A DNA stretch of 64,000 bases from a virus: positions 27,266 through 91,265 of the IMG/VR virus record IMGVR_UViG_3300002307_000002; one strand, written 5' to 3'. The notes below the pieces were generated by a model, which made no database searches, was not told the DNA's origin, and saw only the letters and a program-made list of their open reading frames with translations. This document shows positions 1 to 10,343 of this stretch, one piece after another (position 1 is the stretch's first letter; each line of letters starts with the position of its first letter). The position numbers and the translations under genes are program-made.

Positions 1-545
1 AGTTGCCATAACAGGAAATCACGTATGATGTACTTTTCCTGCACAGAAGATAACCCAGTGTAAGATGCTACTTGTGAAGCTATTAAAGTGGAAAGTGTTA
101 ACGTGTCCCCATTAATAGTGATAGACACTGTAGCGTAATACGGGCCAGTAGCTGTAGAGTTAGGTAGTGGGATTGCCAGTATGGGTTGTGTTGTTGTACT
201 GGTGATGCCTGTAATTCCATTACACAGTTTGGTTACCCTGCTGTCATCGCTTATCAGGTAGGAGTAGTCTCCAGGTAACTCGCATTCATAACTTTGTTCA
301 TTACTGTCATATACTGCTATCAGGTCAGCTGTAGTTAAAAGAGGACGGATAGCGTCTGCATTCAACTGGTCAAGCTGAAAGCCTCCACTACCGTCCTTCT
401 TTGCACGTATCTTGGATTGTATGAACCTTTGCTGATTCTTGTTGAGAAGCCAGTCAATCTCTTCTGGCAGCAGCTTCCTTCTGGTTGATGCTGCAATGTT
501 CTGAGAGGCTTGCTTTACTTCAATGTGCAATTCAGCTATGGTCAT
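1..545 (-). CDS. conserved crAss-like virion (neck/tail) protein, runs off the left edge
   Basis: Not in the ORF track. ATG at 545 reads MTIAELHIEVKQASQNIAASTRRKLLPEEIDWLLNKNQQRF. It is the second gene downstream of the MCP, as in the crAss-like head block. Confidence 0.65.
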   Translation of the reverse strand, partial: MTIAELHIEVKQASQNIAASTRRKLLPEEIDWLLNKNQQRFIQSKIRAKKDGSGGFQLDQLNADAIRPLLTTADLIAVYDSNEQSYECELPGDYSYLISDDSRVTKLCNGITGITSTTTQPILAIPLPNSTATGPYYATVSITINGDTLTLSTLIASQVASYTGLSSVQEKYIIRDFLLWQ

Positions 546-561
546 ACAATTTGATTAAATG

Positions 562-1491
562 TTATTTCTTGCTTTTGGCATTGGGGGCTGGTTTGCTAAG
601 CCCTTCCTGCATACGGGATTTGAGAATGATAAGCCTGTCACTGTTGGCCTTGTCCTTTATCCAGGCTATGGCCTCTTCTGTTTTGTGCCCGAGGGTATCA
701 CCTGTTTCAGGGTCAATTATCCTTTCACCAGCTTTAATCAGTACGCCTGTGTTTAACATGCTCTGAAGCTGGTACAAGGTTTCAAAGTGTGTGCCGTTGT
801 AAGTGGTTACAAATGTTTCAGGACTGGTTTCAGCAAGCTGTTTAAGCTTACCTTCTTTCAAAGCCTGTGCATTTTTGCCACCAAACAAGCGTGGGTCAGT
901 GTCTAGTAATGTAAGCAACATGTCAATCTTCTCAGGAGTTTTGATAATCTTGAGGTAAAGTTCAAGTGCTTCATTTTTCGTCTGGTTGGTTTTCACCAGC
1001 GCTTCTTCCTGCGCGGCTGGGTCAAATATGTAGAACTCTTTCAGCATATCCCCTTCACTTGCAGTTTTGTCCTTGGCCACCAACGGGTGATTCAATGCGT
1101 GCCTGTATGCAATGTAATCAGGCAGGTTGATGGGCAGATTTGTTTTGCTCAGTGGCTGGCTATTGTCAGTCTCTAAGCCGATTTCAAAATCCCGACCTTT
1201 CTTAGCTGGTACAATTGTCCGTATGTTACGGAAATAGTCTGCGCATTTTTCCCTGAAAGCCCTGTCCTCAGGTTCGCAATCCACCAGGATGGGCATTAGC
1301 AATTTCTGCTCATCAAAATTCAGGCCGGAGCCAATCACTTTTGAATAGCTGTTATCCCAATATGAGCCGAGACTTTTCTTGGCCATCTCTACGAACTCAG
1401 GTGCTGTGCCCATCTGAGCGTTCATAATGAAGCTATCCTTACGGTATAGCGTTACAATTCTGCTGTTAGAATGTTTCTTCAATTGTGTCAT
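562..1491 (-). CDS. conserved crAss-like protein downstream of MCP
   Basis: 309 aa ORF directly after MCP in the TerL-portal-scaffold-MCP block. Confidence 0.65.
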   Translation of the reverse strand: MTQLKKHSNSRIVTLYRKDSFIMNAQMGTAPEFVEMAKKSLGSYWDNSYSKVIGSGLNFDEQKLLMPILVDCEPEDRAFREKCADYFRNIRTIVPAKKGRDFEIGLETDNSQPLSKTNLPINLPDYIAYRHALNHPLVAKDKTASEGDMLKEFYIFDPAAQEEALVKTNQTKNEALELYLKIIKTPEKIDMLLTLLDTDPRLFGGKNAQALKEGKLKQLAETSPETFVTTYNGTHFETLYQLQSMLNTGVLIKAGERIIDPETGDTLGHKTEEAIAWIKDKANSDRLIILKSRMQEGLSKPAPNAKSKK

Positions 1492-1533
1492 ACTGTTGAG
1501 TGTTTCGTTTGTTTATGTATAGAAGATAGAGGT

Positions 1534-1562
1534 AAAAAGGAAGCCCTTAGAAAAGGGCCTCC
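1534..1562 (-). terminator. intrinsic terminator after the major capsid gene
   Basis: Minus strand GGAGGCCCTT-TTCT-AAGGGCTTCC followed by TTTTT. Confidence 0.75.
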
Positions 1563-1609
1563 GTTAAGAAACCTCTATACAGTAGTTTCTTTGATATGTT
1601 GGGGTTGGG

Positions 1610-3157
1610 TTACTGGCCTGCGATACATTGGAAGTCGAAGCACCTGTTAGCCCTTAGTATCTGAATACCCTTAGAACTGAAGCGTGTGTATGCGCTCTTA
1701 TCCTGGTCGGTAGACAGTAAGGCTGTACGTGACTCGTTATCAATGTTGAAGCTATTGGTCATTACCTGCAAGCTCTTAGGCATGTTGGTAAGACCCGCAA
1801 TTACACCATGCTGAAAGGCACGGCCTTTTTGCGCTACGTGCTGGATGTTTGGTTGGCCATCGTAGTCATTGTCGTCAATGAATACCATACGGTAGCTTTC
1901 CAGCGGCCAGCCTGTTTCCGGGTGAACATAACCACCAGCCTGTTGTGTCATAGCCACTTGGCCCATGTCAAATAGCGGGTTATGTTTCACTTTTATGTAA
2001 TAACCATCCATGTGGTAAAAGGCATCGAAGTAACCACCTAATGCCAGGTTGTAACCTGTACCAGATACGAATTTGCTACCCACATCGCTTACGCTGCCAA
2101 AGCTCTGGAAGAATGTACCACCAACTTTCTTAATAGCTTTATCAAATGCCCTCATACCGCCACGGCCTGTATGAAGTGTGATGCTGGCACCAGCTGTATC
2201 AGAAAGGCCGAACAGAGCGTCACCAATCTGATTGCTCAGGTAGTCATACGTGAGGTCAGAATAAGTGCTCTTGTTCTGTATCTGCTCCAGCAAGCCAGAA
2301 CCAGTAGGTATCACTTTACCAGTAAGCAAATCTTTCAGTGCAATCTCACCATTGGCAGCACGGTTGTAACGGCTGTACCAGTAGTTGTGTTCGCAAATGC
2401 TTAACCACTCCAGTTCATACTGCCACATGGCCCAGTCCATCCAAACGTCAGTTTCACCTTTGTCGGTTTTAACGTTGATTTTCATAACCTTGTTGGCACT
2501 GTTACCAGCCCAACTAAAGCCATGGCGAAGGAAGCCCATCTGGTTTTTGTATGAACCCGGCATTACCATCTTACCTTCGGTGGTACGAGATTCACTTTCA
2601 GCCACAGCTGTGGTGATAGCTGACCATGCAGCGCCGCTTTGCAATTCAGTCAGCGGACAATAGTCGGTTGGCAGGGCAGCATTGAGGCTTACATTGTATT
2701 CATACTCACCGCTGCCATTCAGTTCACCATCAGCATGCACGTAAGCCTGAATGCCACGGGCAGATTGTATGATGAAAAAGCGCTTAATCCAATTGTCCTG
2801 GAAACGGATTTTAAACTGTGTATTACCGATACCAGGCTTATCACCAGAGCTGTACGGAGTAGAGCTTACGATGGAAGCTTTGGTGATACGGCCCATTACA
2901 GGGTAAGTAAACTGAACGTCATCCAGTTCTACGGCAGCCCTTTTCATAGCATTGCCTTCATAGCCAATGCCGCCTAAGGTCATCAGTGAAATAGGATAGT
3001 TCTTTGTGTAGTCACCCATTATATAGGTGAGCTTCTTGGTGAGTTCGGAAGGGTGACCCTGACGCTGGTGGTAGAAGTTCGTCTCATCCAGCATTGATTT
3101 GCTGTCAAAGATTGCCTCGGTCACCTGGTATTTAAGGGCCGGCATAGGATTAGCCAT
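1610..3157 (-). CDS. major capsid protein (crAss-like)
   Basis: 515 aa, with motifs IPTGSGLLEQI, LHTGRGG and HNPLFD typical of crAss-like MCPs. Follows portal and scaffold genes and is followed by a terminator. Confidence 0.88.
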   Translation of the reverse strand: MANPMPALKYQVTEAIFDSKSMLDETNFYHQRQGHPSELTKKLTYIMGDYTKNYPISLMTLGGIGYEGNAMKRAAVELDDVQFTYPVMGRITKASIVSSTPYSSGDKPGIGNTQFKIRFQDNWIKRFFIIQSARGIQAYVHADGELNGSGEYEYNVSLNAALPTDYCPLTELQSGAAWSAITTAVAESESRTTEGKMVMPGSYKNQMGFLRHGFSWAGNSANKVMKINVKTDKGETDVWMDWAMWQYELEWLSICEHNYWYSRYNRAANGEIALKDLLTGKVIPTGSGLLEQIQNKSTYSDLTYDYLSNQIGDALFGLSDTAGASITLHTGRGGMRAFDKAIKKVGGTFFQSFGSVSDVGSKFVSGTGYNLALGGYFDAFYHMDGYYIKVKHNPLFDMGQVAMTQQAGGYVHPETGWPLESYRMVFIDDNDYDGQPNIQHVAQKGRAFQHGVIAGLTNMPKSLQVMTNSFNIDNESRTALLSTDQDKSAYTRFSSKGIQILRANRCFDFQCIAGQ

Positions 3158-3198
3158 AGGTATATTGGGTTTTTAGTGTACGGATATTGGATTATATG

Positions 3199-4362
3199 TT
3201 ACAGTTGCCCGAGTCCGATGAAGTTCTTGGAAGGCCCCTCACCCCCGGCAGTCTTAGTTTCTGTTCTTGATTTCTGCAATTGCTTGCCCAGCCTTTGTGT
3301 GTTCTGTGTTTTAGCTTCACGGGCAATCAGTTCTTTCAGGTTGCCTTTCTTGTACAGGAAGTATAAACTTTCCATCTGCCTGGCTATGTCTGTATCCACT
3401 GGCTGTACGATAACAAACTTGCCATTTTCAACCTGTATCTTTCCTTTCACAAAATCCAGGAAAGGTTGCTTGTCTGTGTCAGGTATAACAAGATTGATAC
3501 CCTTACCCTCTACAATCAGGTCATTCAGATTGGAGCTTAACTTGCTTACTGAACGCTGGTATTCCTGTTCGTTCTGTACCCGGCGCTGTTCAATTGCTGC
3601 AAGCTGGTCTTCCTGTTCCTTCTTTACAGCTTTGTAGGCTGTGTTAGAAACATCAAAGAGCTTGTTGTCTTTAATGGCCTTATCAATTACAAGCTGTATG
3701 GTGTCATCATCCAGCCCTTTGGCCCTTAGACTTTCTCTGTAAACTGCTGTCTGTATGTCAACATTCTCTTTGAATGTGTCATACTCAGGCAAGCTAAATG
3801 TTTTGTTAGAAAAGAATTCTTCATCGCTACCACCTGCTTGTCTGTGGAGCATGTATGCGTAGCCTCTTGGGTCAGTCTTTTTCAGGTAGGCTTCAAAGTC
3901 ATCAGCTGCCTTGTTTGCTACTGCTTTCTCCCTGTAGTATACACCTTCAGGACTGAGTGGGTCAACTCCTTCAGGATATTCTACTGTCAATTCCCAGCCA
4001 TGGCGCTTGTTAACATCCTCCCAGAATGCTGCCGGGTCAATGTCCCCTTCATCACCAGCTTCTGCCGGTTTGAAGTTGGGGTCTTTAACTACCTTACCAG
4101 ACTCATCTTTGATGTAGCCTTCCTGTAAGGAGCCATCTTCATTTACCCCTTCAGTGGCTGAGGATGAACCTTGAGCTTTGTCGGCTGCTTCCTTGGCTGT
4201 CTTTTCAGCGGCGGCTTTCTCTGCTTCAGCTTTTGCCTGTGCTGCTGCCAGGTCTGTTGGATTAGTAGCGCCATCTCCAGCATTTAAGTCTGCGAGAGTG
4301 AATGTTCCACCAGTACCACTTCCGGTACCGGTATCATAAAATTTACGTAATAGCTGTTCCAT
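3199..4362 (-). CDS. putative capsid scaffolding/assembly protein
   Basis: Acidic low-complexity N-terminus and coiled coil; lies between portal and MCP. Confidence 0.6.
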   Translation of the reverse strand: MEQLLRKFYDTGTGSGTGGTFTLADLNAGDGATNPTDLAAAQAKAEAEKAAAEKTAKEAADKAQGSSSATEGVNEDGSLQEGYIKDESGKVVKDPNFKPAEAGDEGDIDPAAFWEDVNKRHGWELTVEYPEGVDPLSPEGVYYREKAVANKAADDFEAYLKKTDPRGYAYMLHRQAGGSDEEFFSNKTFSLPEYDTFKENVDIQTAVYRESLRAKGLDDDTIQLVIDKAIKDNKLFDVSNTAYKAVKKEQEDQLAAIEQRRVQNEQEYQRSVSKLSSNLNDLIVEGKGINLVIPDTDKQPFLDFVKGKIQVENGKFVIVQPVDTDIARQMESLYFLYKKGNLKELIAREAKTQNTQRLGKQLQKSRTETKTAGGEGPSKNFIGLGQL

Positions 4363-4372
4363 ACTGTATAGT

Positions 4373-6838
4373 TTAGTTCTTAGAAGACTTGTATCTTATA
4401 GCCTTAACCTTCTGCTTCTCAATGCGTTCTTTGCTCTTCAGCTTCTCCCTTTCCAGCTGTAGTTTCTGTTGGGCCTGTTGGTGTTGAAGACTGGCTACAT
4501 GCTCACGGCTACTGATTTCAGCATAAGCCTTACGCTCCTCAGATGCAACCTTGCTGGCTGCTATCACACGTTTGGATATTTCTGAAGCATCAGGTATGCC
4601 ATTGTTGTTGGCATCACCAGTAGTCATACCAGCGGCTTCAAGAGCATATTCACCAACAATCATCTGGTTTTCATCTTTTCTATCCCACTCTGCATTGATT
4701 TCCTCTATCTTGAGCTGTGAAGCAATCTTGAGGAATTGCTCTTTCATGGCCTCAACCTCTTTCTCGTGTTGCTGCTCAGCTTCCTGATTAGCCTGGGCCT
4801 GTTGAGTTTCAATGTTTTCAATCTCCTTCAGCTTGGCTTTTAATTCAGCCACATTGTTACTGTGCTGTATTTCAAGAACAGTGGAAAGTTTGATGTCAGG
4901 ACGTTGAAGCATGGTTTGTGCGCCTTGCTTGTACTCTTGCAATGTTTGTAATTCTGAGGCTGAACCGTTGACAAACAAGCCCAGTTCTGCATTACAGTAG
5001 CTGTTGGGGTCAATGTCCAGCAGCTCTTTATCGAAATCATCCTGGTTGTAGATAGCCCGGATGCCGTCTGTGTTTATGAATTTGGAAAAGTCAAGTATAC
5101 CCTGCAGTTCACGTTCTGTGAATTCCTCATACAGCGTGAATATCATATCTGTAATCACAGAAGACTGATACATCAGGTTTTGCTGTACTCCCAATCCTTC
5201 TCCGCTGGGGGCAGTCTGGCCTTTGCGCGGAGCATTGATACCCAGTACATCATCCCAGTCTTTCTTAAAGCTGTCACGCAGCATGATGAGTTTTTCAATC
5301 TGGTCAAACAAGCTCATGTCTACCGTGGTATACTGGTTGAAACTTTTGTCTACACCCTGTTGATTTCTATCAATCATGGCATAGCCCAGCGCATCTGCAT
5401 AATAGAAGAACTTTTCATCATTCCATCCATTCTTCCTTGGGATAACGTTTTGGTCAAAGATGAATATCTTACCCTTGTTCTTAGCTATAGTTTTCTCCAG
5501 TGTGAAGTTGGTTATCATGTACATGATGGCATAGGGTACACCCATTTCCATCACGGATATGTTATCACTGTGAACATCGCTGTAATGCCTGCCGTTGTAT
5601 GGCAGCTTACAGGTGGAGTAGTTGTTCATCTCATTGCGCTGAACAGGCACGGCCCGCATCTTGGCAAAGGTGTTATCTCCTATTCTCCAGCCTTCGAGAG
5701 CTTCATTCACCCACTCAGTTTTGGTTATCTTAACACCCATGCCTGCCTGTACGTCCTCATCCACTATCATTTCCTGTATCTTGCCCGTTAGTGGGTCTGT
5801 GTATTCAGCATGTTTAATCTCCTTACGGCTTTTCCAGCATACGTGGTACACTGGTATCTTACCGCTGTAGGTGTCGTATTTGGAAAACTCTTCTTGTAAG
5901 TAGTTGTACATGGAGAAAGGGGTAACCCAATGGCTTCTCTTCTCCAGTTCTTCGTGGTCTGCATCTTTCAGTTCATCATAAAAGCGGTCTACCACATCTG
6001 AAATGGTCATAAGAATACGCCTTACTGTCCATTCACCATCTTCAATGTATTCTATGTTAGGACTTTTGTCAAAGTCAATCTCCAACGGGCTAACACGTTC
6101 ATATACAAAGTTTCCCAGCTCAATGTTCTTATAGCTATATACCCTGCCGGTAACCAGCCAGTCTCTGAACATCTTGAGCAACTTAGGGCGTATGTAGTAC
6201 TCCCTTAATGCCCTCTTCATCCAGCGCTGGCCTTGTATAGCCAGGTTATCTTTATAGTTGGCTGTTTTCCGTTCCTTTACGCTTTCAGGTATTTCAATTT
6301 CATCATCCTGAGGTATCTCTTGTCCATCCTGTAACTGCCCAGCTTCTTTCATTTTCTGCTGAGCAATAGCCATGAAGTGTTCTTGCAGGTTACTCTCTAC
6401 AGCTTTATTCATACTTTCCACATAGCTGTTAAATCCTTCTTCACCCATGTTCACCACTTGGAATGAAAATGGCCTCTTAGGGTATTCTCCCATTAAGAGG
6501 TCAATGTTCGTCCGTATCATGGTAGTCGGGCGTATCTTGGCAGGGTAGCGTGTGTGCTGTGGGTCAGCTGCATTAAGAGGGTCAGTGAAATGGCTAAACC
6601 ACTCAAGAGGGAAGTGGTTGTTGTATATCTGGTACAGCATCCTCAAATCTTTACGGGCAGAAGGAGCCGTACCGAAGTTGAAGTTAGATAGATGAATGTA
6701 GTAGTCTATGTTCTTCTTGAACCAGTCGTACTTATCAGCAATCTTCTCACTCCAGCTTAAACGTTGCAGAGGTCTGCCGGTAGGCACCTCACGTTTGACT
6801 GAGTCTGGTTTATCCCTCTCGTTGATTGAATTGGCCAT
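4373..6838 (-). CDS. portal protein
   Basis: 821 aa directly after TerL; IDLLMGEYPKRPF and CKLPYNG motifs plus a C-terminal coiled coil, as in crAss-like portals. Confidence 0.88.
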   Translation of the reverse strand: MANSINERDKPDSVKREVPTGRPLQRLSWSEKIADKYDWFKKNIDYYIHLSNFNFGTAPSARKDLRMLYQIYNNHFPLEWFSHFTDPLNAADPQHTRYPAKIRPTTMIRTNIDLLMGEYPKRPFSFQVVNMGEEGFNSYVESMNKAVESNLQEHFMAIAQQKMKEAGQLQDGQEIPQDDEIEIPESVKERKTANYKDNLAIQGQRWMKRALREYYIRPKLLKMFRDWLVTGRVYSYKNIELGNFVYERVSPLEIDFDKSPNIEYIEDGEWTVRRILMTISDVVDRFYDELKDADHEELEKRSHWVTPFSMYNYLQEEFSKYDTYSGKIPVYHVCWKSRKEIKHAEYTDPLTGKIQEMIVDEDVQAGMGVKITKTEWVNEALEGWRIGDNTFAKMRAVPVQRNEMNNYSTCKLPYNGRHYSDVHSDNISVMEMGVPYAIMYMITNFTLEKTIAKNKGKIFIFDQNVIPRKNGWNDEKFFYYADALGYAMIDRNQQGVDKSFNQYTTVDMSLFDQIEKLIMLRDSFKKDWDDVLGINAPRKGQTAPSGEGLGVQQNLMYQSSVITDMIFTLYEEFTERELQGILDFSKFINTDGIRAIYNQDDFDKELLDIDPNSYCNAELGLFVNGSASELQTLQEYKQGAQTMLQRPDIKLSTVLEIQHSNNVAELKAKLKEIENIETQQAQANQEAEQQHEKEVEAMKEQFLKIASQLKIEEINAEWDRKDENQMIVGEYALEAAGMTTGDANNNGIPDASEISKRVIAASKVASEERKAYAEISSREHVASLQHQQAQQKLQLEREKLKSKERIEKQKVKAIRYKSSKN

Positions 6839-6852
6839 ACTGTTGTAAATTA

Positions 6853-8961
6853 CTACCCCAGCATGCTTGTGCTTCCTGCTCCCTGTGAAGCATAGTTACC
6901 CCCAAAGAGTGGTCGGGTGTAAAATCCCTGGTCATCTTCTGTAGTTCTTGATTCCTCTTTATAAGCGTTTTCCTTGAGCATGAACATGGCTAGTCTGCCA
7001 GCGGATAGTCGGTCAGCATTCTTTTCAGGGTTATATTTCTTCATCTCCCGTAACATACCGATGTCATAGCAGCGGTGGATATTCAATATAGGCTTACCAT
7101 CCTCTGTATACCCCCGCACTTTGGTGTGCCAGTTAACCAGATAGGTGATACCTAGCCTGGCTTTTTCTGTACCCATATTCATAAAAATGGCCCGGTTGCG
7201 TTGAGAAGCTGTGGAATTGTATTCCTTGTTATTACCCATCATCTCTGGCTCTCTCTCCAGCTTGTGTAAGAGTTTGTTCGTTTTGGCATAATCCACTATA
7301 CCCTGCCCACCACCAGCTATCTCTGATTGGATGGTACAGTTATAAAGGTCTGATAGCATGAACAGATTGGCGTAAGCTGTATCAAGATTCTGGGGACGGC
7401 CCACATACCAGGCTATCGGCAGTTCCTCATCCACCGGGCTAAGCTGGTTGAATTGCTTCCACACTTGCACTACAAACAGGGAAGTGAGGTCTTCACTCTC
7501 TTCTTTGTAATATGGGTCAACAACTATCTGGTACATTCCATCTGGAACGTTACCACGCTGATCACGGAATGGTGCGGCAACTATTGTGATACAGCCTTCA
7601 AGGTCGTCTTTCTGGTTGTGAGGGTATTGCTCTACTGGCTTAGCTACATCCTTTGGCTGAGGAATGAACATCACACCCAGCTTTTCATCCCTGATGAGAT
7701 GGCCATACCTTAGCATACCCTGTATAGCCTGTTGGGTTTCAATCCTTCTTATCTGTGCATCTACTTCAGCTACATTGAAAGAGTTCTTTCTCAGCCTCTT
7801 GAACGCCTCAGATGGGAACAGTGGATACTCAGCTTTATGTCCGTCAAGTACCTGCGGGTCTTTGGCCTTCTTCTTTTGTACCCGTATCTTTTTCTCACTC
7901 TCAATGGCCATGACAATATCCACGTTACCATTCTCATCCATGAATGTGGACTTGGTACGCCACACCGGTACGAAATATCCACATGTAGTATTCTCAAATC
8001 CAGGTTCCCACACATTGGGGAAAGCAAGCATATCAAAACTTTCCGGGTCATAAAACATATCTTCCAGCCCTTCAATATCCGGGCCTTCTTCACCACCAGT
8101 ACCCAGCACTGTTATCTGTCCTACGTATATGTCACCATCCTTCATAGAACCTTGACACACGTTGTAGGCTTTCTTCAGATTGCGGAGTGAACCACTTTCT
8201 TCAAAGGTTATCTTGCGACCACGTTTGCCTCTCGTCTTATCAGGGTCATCAACTACTACCCCCATGATTTCAGACATGCTACCACGTTCCACCCCGAATG
8301 AATCTACGTAGCTGGCCCTCATGTGCATGAGTGTGTTCTTCTTCTGCCTGTTCTTCTTCCAGTCCGGGCAGTTATCATTCACCCAATCCAGCATTGGTAA
8401 TACCTTATTCAATATACCATCAGTGGTGAGGTACTGTTCAATACCAGCATAGTAGTAGTTTTTGCTGCCGTCTATGAACACGTAATTGTATACTCCATCA
8501 GCAGCTTCCATATAGCTCCATCCTGCACCACGGGCTTTGGCACACACCATGTGCCGGGCCCCGGGGGATTGTATTCCCATAAACTCTCCACCGTGCCAGG
8601 CTATATGTTTAAATCTGTTCCACTCATAGCCTATCTCATAGAAACGAGGAAAGCTGAATATCTTTTCAGCCGTAAGCTTGCCTATCTTGCCCTTACCATT
8701 CTTAGCTTCATTAAAAGCTTGTATACCAATGTTATCCGGCACTTTCCATATAGGGGCAAAGTTCAGGTAGAAGTAATGCCGACCAGTAATCCATGTATCC
8801 CCAATCTTGTATCCTTCTTTACAGCGCTTGGCTTCGATAGCCCAAAACTCTTCCCACTCCCTGCTTCCCACTGGCGCCAAACAATAGCGCCCGCCATTCT
8901 TTGAAAAATCACGGGCTGTGTAAGAAAACTGTGCTGTATTTGTAAGGTTATGCCACCCCAT
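6853..8961 (-). CDS. terL: terminase large subunit
   Basis: ITGRHYFYLNF, Walker A KARGAGWS, Walker B ITFEESG, GTGG, nuclease VDPY and DRLSA motifs. Confidence 0.93.
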   Translation of the reverse strand: MGWHNLTNTAQFSYTARDFSKNGGRYCLAPVGSREWEEFWAIEAKRCKEGYKIGDTWITGRHYFYLNFAPIWKVPDNIGIQAFNEAKNGKGKIGKLTAEKIFSFPRFYEIGYEWNRFKHIAWHGGEFMGIQSPGARHMVCAKARGAGWSYMEAADGVYNYVFIDGSKNYYYAGIEQYLTTDGILNKVLPMLDWVNDNCPDWKKNRQKKNTLMHMRASYVDSFGVERGSMSEIMGVVVDDPDKTRGKRGRKITFEESGSLRNLKKAYNVCQGSMKDGDIYVGQITVLGTGGEEGPDIEGLEDMFYDPESFDMLAFPNVWEPGFENTTCGYFVPVWRTKSTFMDENGNVDIVMAIESEKKIRVQKKKAKDPQVLDGHKAEYPLFPSEAFKRLRKNSFNVAEVDAQIRRIETQQAIQGMLRYGHLIRDEKLGVMFIPQPKDVAKPVEQYPHNQKDDLEGCITIVAAPFRDQRGNVPDGMYQIVVDPYYKEESEDLTSLFVVQVWKQFNQLSPVDEELPIAWYVGRPQNLDTAYANLFMLSDLYNCTIQSEIAGGGQGIVDYAKTNKLLHKLEREPEMMGNNKEYNSTASQRNRAIFMNMGTEKARLGITYLVNWHTKVRGYTEDGKPILNIHRCYDIGMLREMKKYNPEKNADRLSAGRLAMFMLKENAYKEESRTTEDDQGFYTRPLFGGNYASQGAGSTSMLG

Positions 8962-9349
8962 CCTTACCTCCTTTGAATTTAAAATACTCTTCTATGTAGT
9001 ATCTTACTGATAGTTTATTCCACCTGTCCATTAGAAGTTTGTAATCCTGTTCATTGCAGTTTTTCTCAATGTCTTCCAGTAGCTCGTGAAAGAAGTACAG
9101 TGGCTCAAATTCATAATTGCTTACGTAGGCTGCTACGTATGCAGTCTCATGGTATCCACCATAAGTGTACGGTTCAGATTCTTCACATACGCCTCTTAGC
9201 CTATATCTTATTTCTGATTTACAACTGTTCTCTTTTCCATATCCTATCTCAAGCCCTTCTCCGCTGTCTCCCCACCAGTTGTCAAATCCCAGGTAGCGTA
9301 CAAGCTTGGCTGTCAAGGGGAGCACTGCAAATTCAAATGGATAGTTCAT
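8948..9349 (-). CDS. hypothetical protein
   Basis: 133 aa ORF overlapping both neighbours in the operon. Confidence 0.55.
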   Translation of the reverse strand: MNYPFEFAVLPLTAKLVRYLGFDNWWGDSGEGLEIGYGKENSCKSEIRYRLRGVCEESEPYTYGGYHETAYVAAYVSNYEFEPLYFFHELLEDIEKNCNEQDYKLLMDRWNKLSVRYYIEEYFKFKGGKDGVA

Positions 9350-10035
9350 ATATCTTCCTCCTTTTCATCTTCATCATCTATTCCACGTAATAGTTGTCCT
9401 ATGTCATTGAAACTCACTGAAGCTGCAGCAGGAGCAGCAGTCTCTTCTTTCCACTCACCCATGCCAGCGGTTTCCTTGCGGCCCAGGGTGGCTGTACCAC
9501 GGATACTGGTTTCACCTTTCAGCTCTTCCTGTACACGTTTGCGGAATTTGTCTACACTGTCATAGGCAGCCCCTATCCGCTGAAGGTTAAGAATGTATTT
9601 GGCTGGGTCGTGCAGTATCTCTCCTTTTTTATCTACGGCTGAGAAATCTATGGTGTTGAAGTAATCATCCATGGCATCCAGAGATTTCTCAATCGCCTGT
9701 AATGTCTTCAAGCTGCGGGATGACTTGAGAAGGAGTTGATTGTACAAAGCATGCGCTTCCATCACCGGCCCATCAAGGTCAGCTTCTGTGAGCCCAGCGT
9801 ATCTCATTGCTTCCTGCCGTCTCTCAAAATCTTCCCACTCACGGATCGGGGAGGTGAAGTCTAAATCGAAATATATGAAAGTGAACTCCCGGCGTGCTTT
9901 CAGTTTCTTGTCTCCACGGTAGTCTCCGGCTGAGCCTTTGTCCCGTTTAATCAGGAAGCTAAATTCTGGTATCAGGTACAGCCATTCCTTGTTCAAGTCT
10001 ACCTGGTAACCTTCATCGAGTATGAATAATCTCAT
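9346..10035 (-). CDS. conserved crAss-like protein (possible small terminase position)
   Basis: 229 aa, LIPEF...RDK and EFTFIYF motifs; upstream of TerL. Confidence 0.55.
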   Translation of the reverse strand: MRLFILDEGYQVDLNKEWLYLIPEFSFLIKRDKGSAGDYRGDKKLKARREFTFIYFDLDFTSPIREWEDFERRQEAMRYAGLTEADLDGPVMEAHALYNQLLLKSSRSLKTLQAIEKSLDAMDDYFNTIDFSAVDKKGEILHDPAKYILNLQRIGAAYDSVDKFRKRVQEELKGETSIRGTATLGRKETAGMGEWKEETAAPAAASVSFNDIGQLLRGIDDEDEKEEDI

Positions 10036-10343
10036 GCTTCACCTCCTTCTGCTGCAAACAGCTGGTTGAGTTCAGTCTGTGTAAGCCCTTTCAATACAGC
10101 TTTGTCTACCGGCCCTAAGCTGTGGTAGTAGTCCTTGAACTGCTGCTCTCCATGCTTTACCATAATCTTTCCGAGGTATGGGATAAATACTCCTTCCATT
10201 CCTCCTGAACGTATGGTGGTAGCAATGAACTCTCCGTAGTGGTGTACTGCATGCTCAACTATCATCAAGGAAACATTCTGCTCCTCAGCTACTTCCTTAG
10301 CGATGCGTTTGTTACAGGTTGTATTTGATTGTTTTGGATTCAT
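10032..10343 (-). CDS. HU/IHF-like DNA-binding protein
   Basis: 103 aa with IAKEVAEEQNVS helix and VFIPYLGKIMVK strand, matching the HU/IHF fold. Confidence 0.65.
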   Translation of the reverse strand: MNPKQSNTTCNKRIAKEVAEEQNVSLMIVEHAVHHYGEFIATTIRSGGMEGVFIPYLGKIMVKHGEQQFKDYYHSLGPVDKAVLKGLTQTELNQLFAAEGGEA

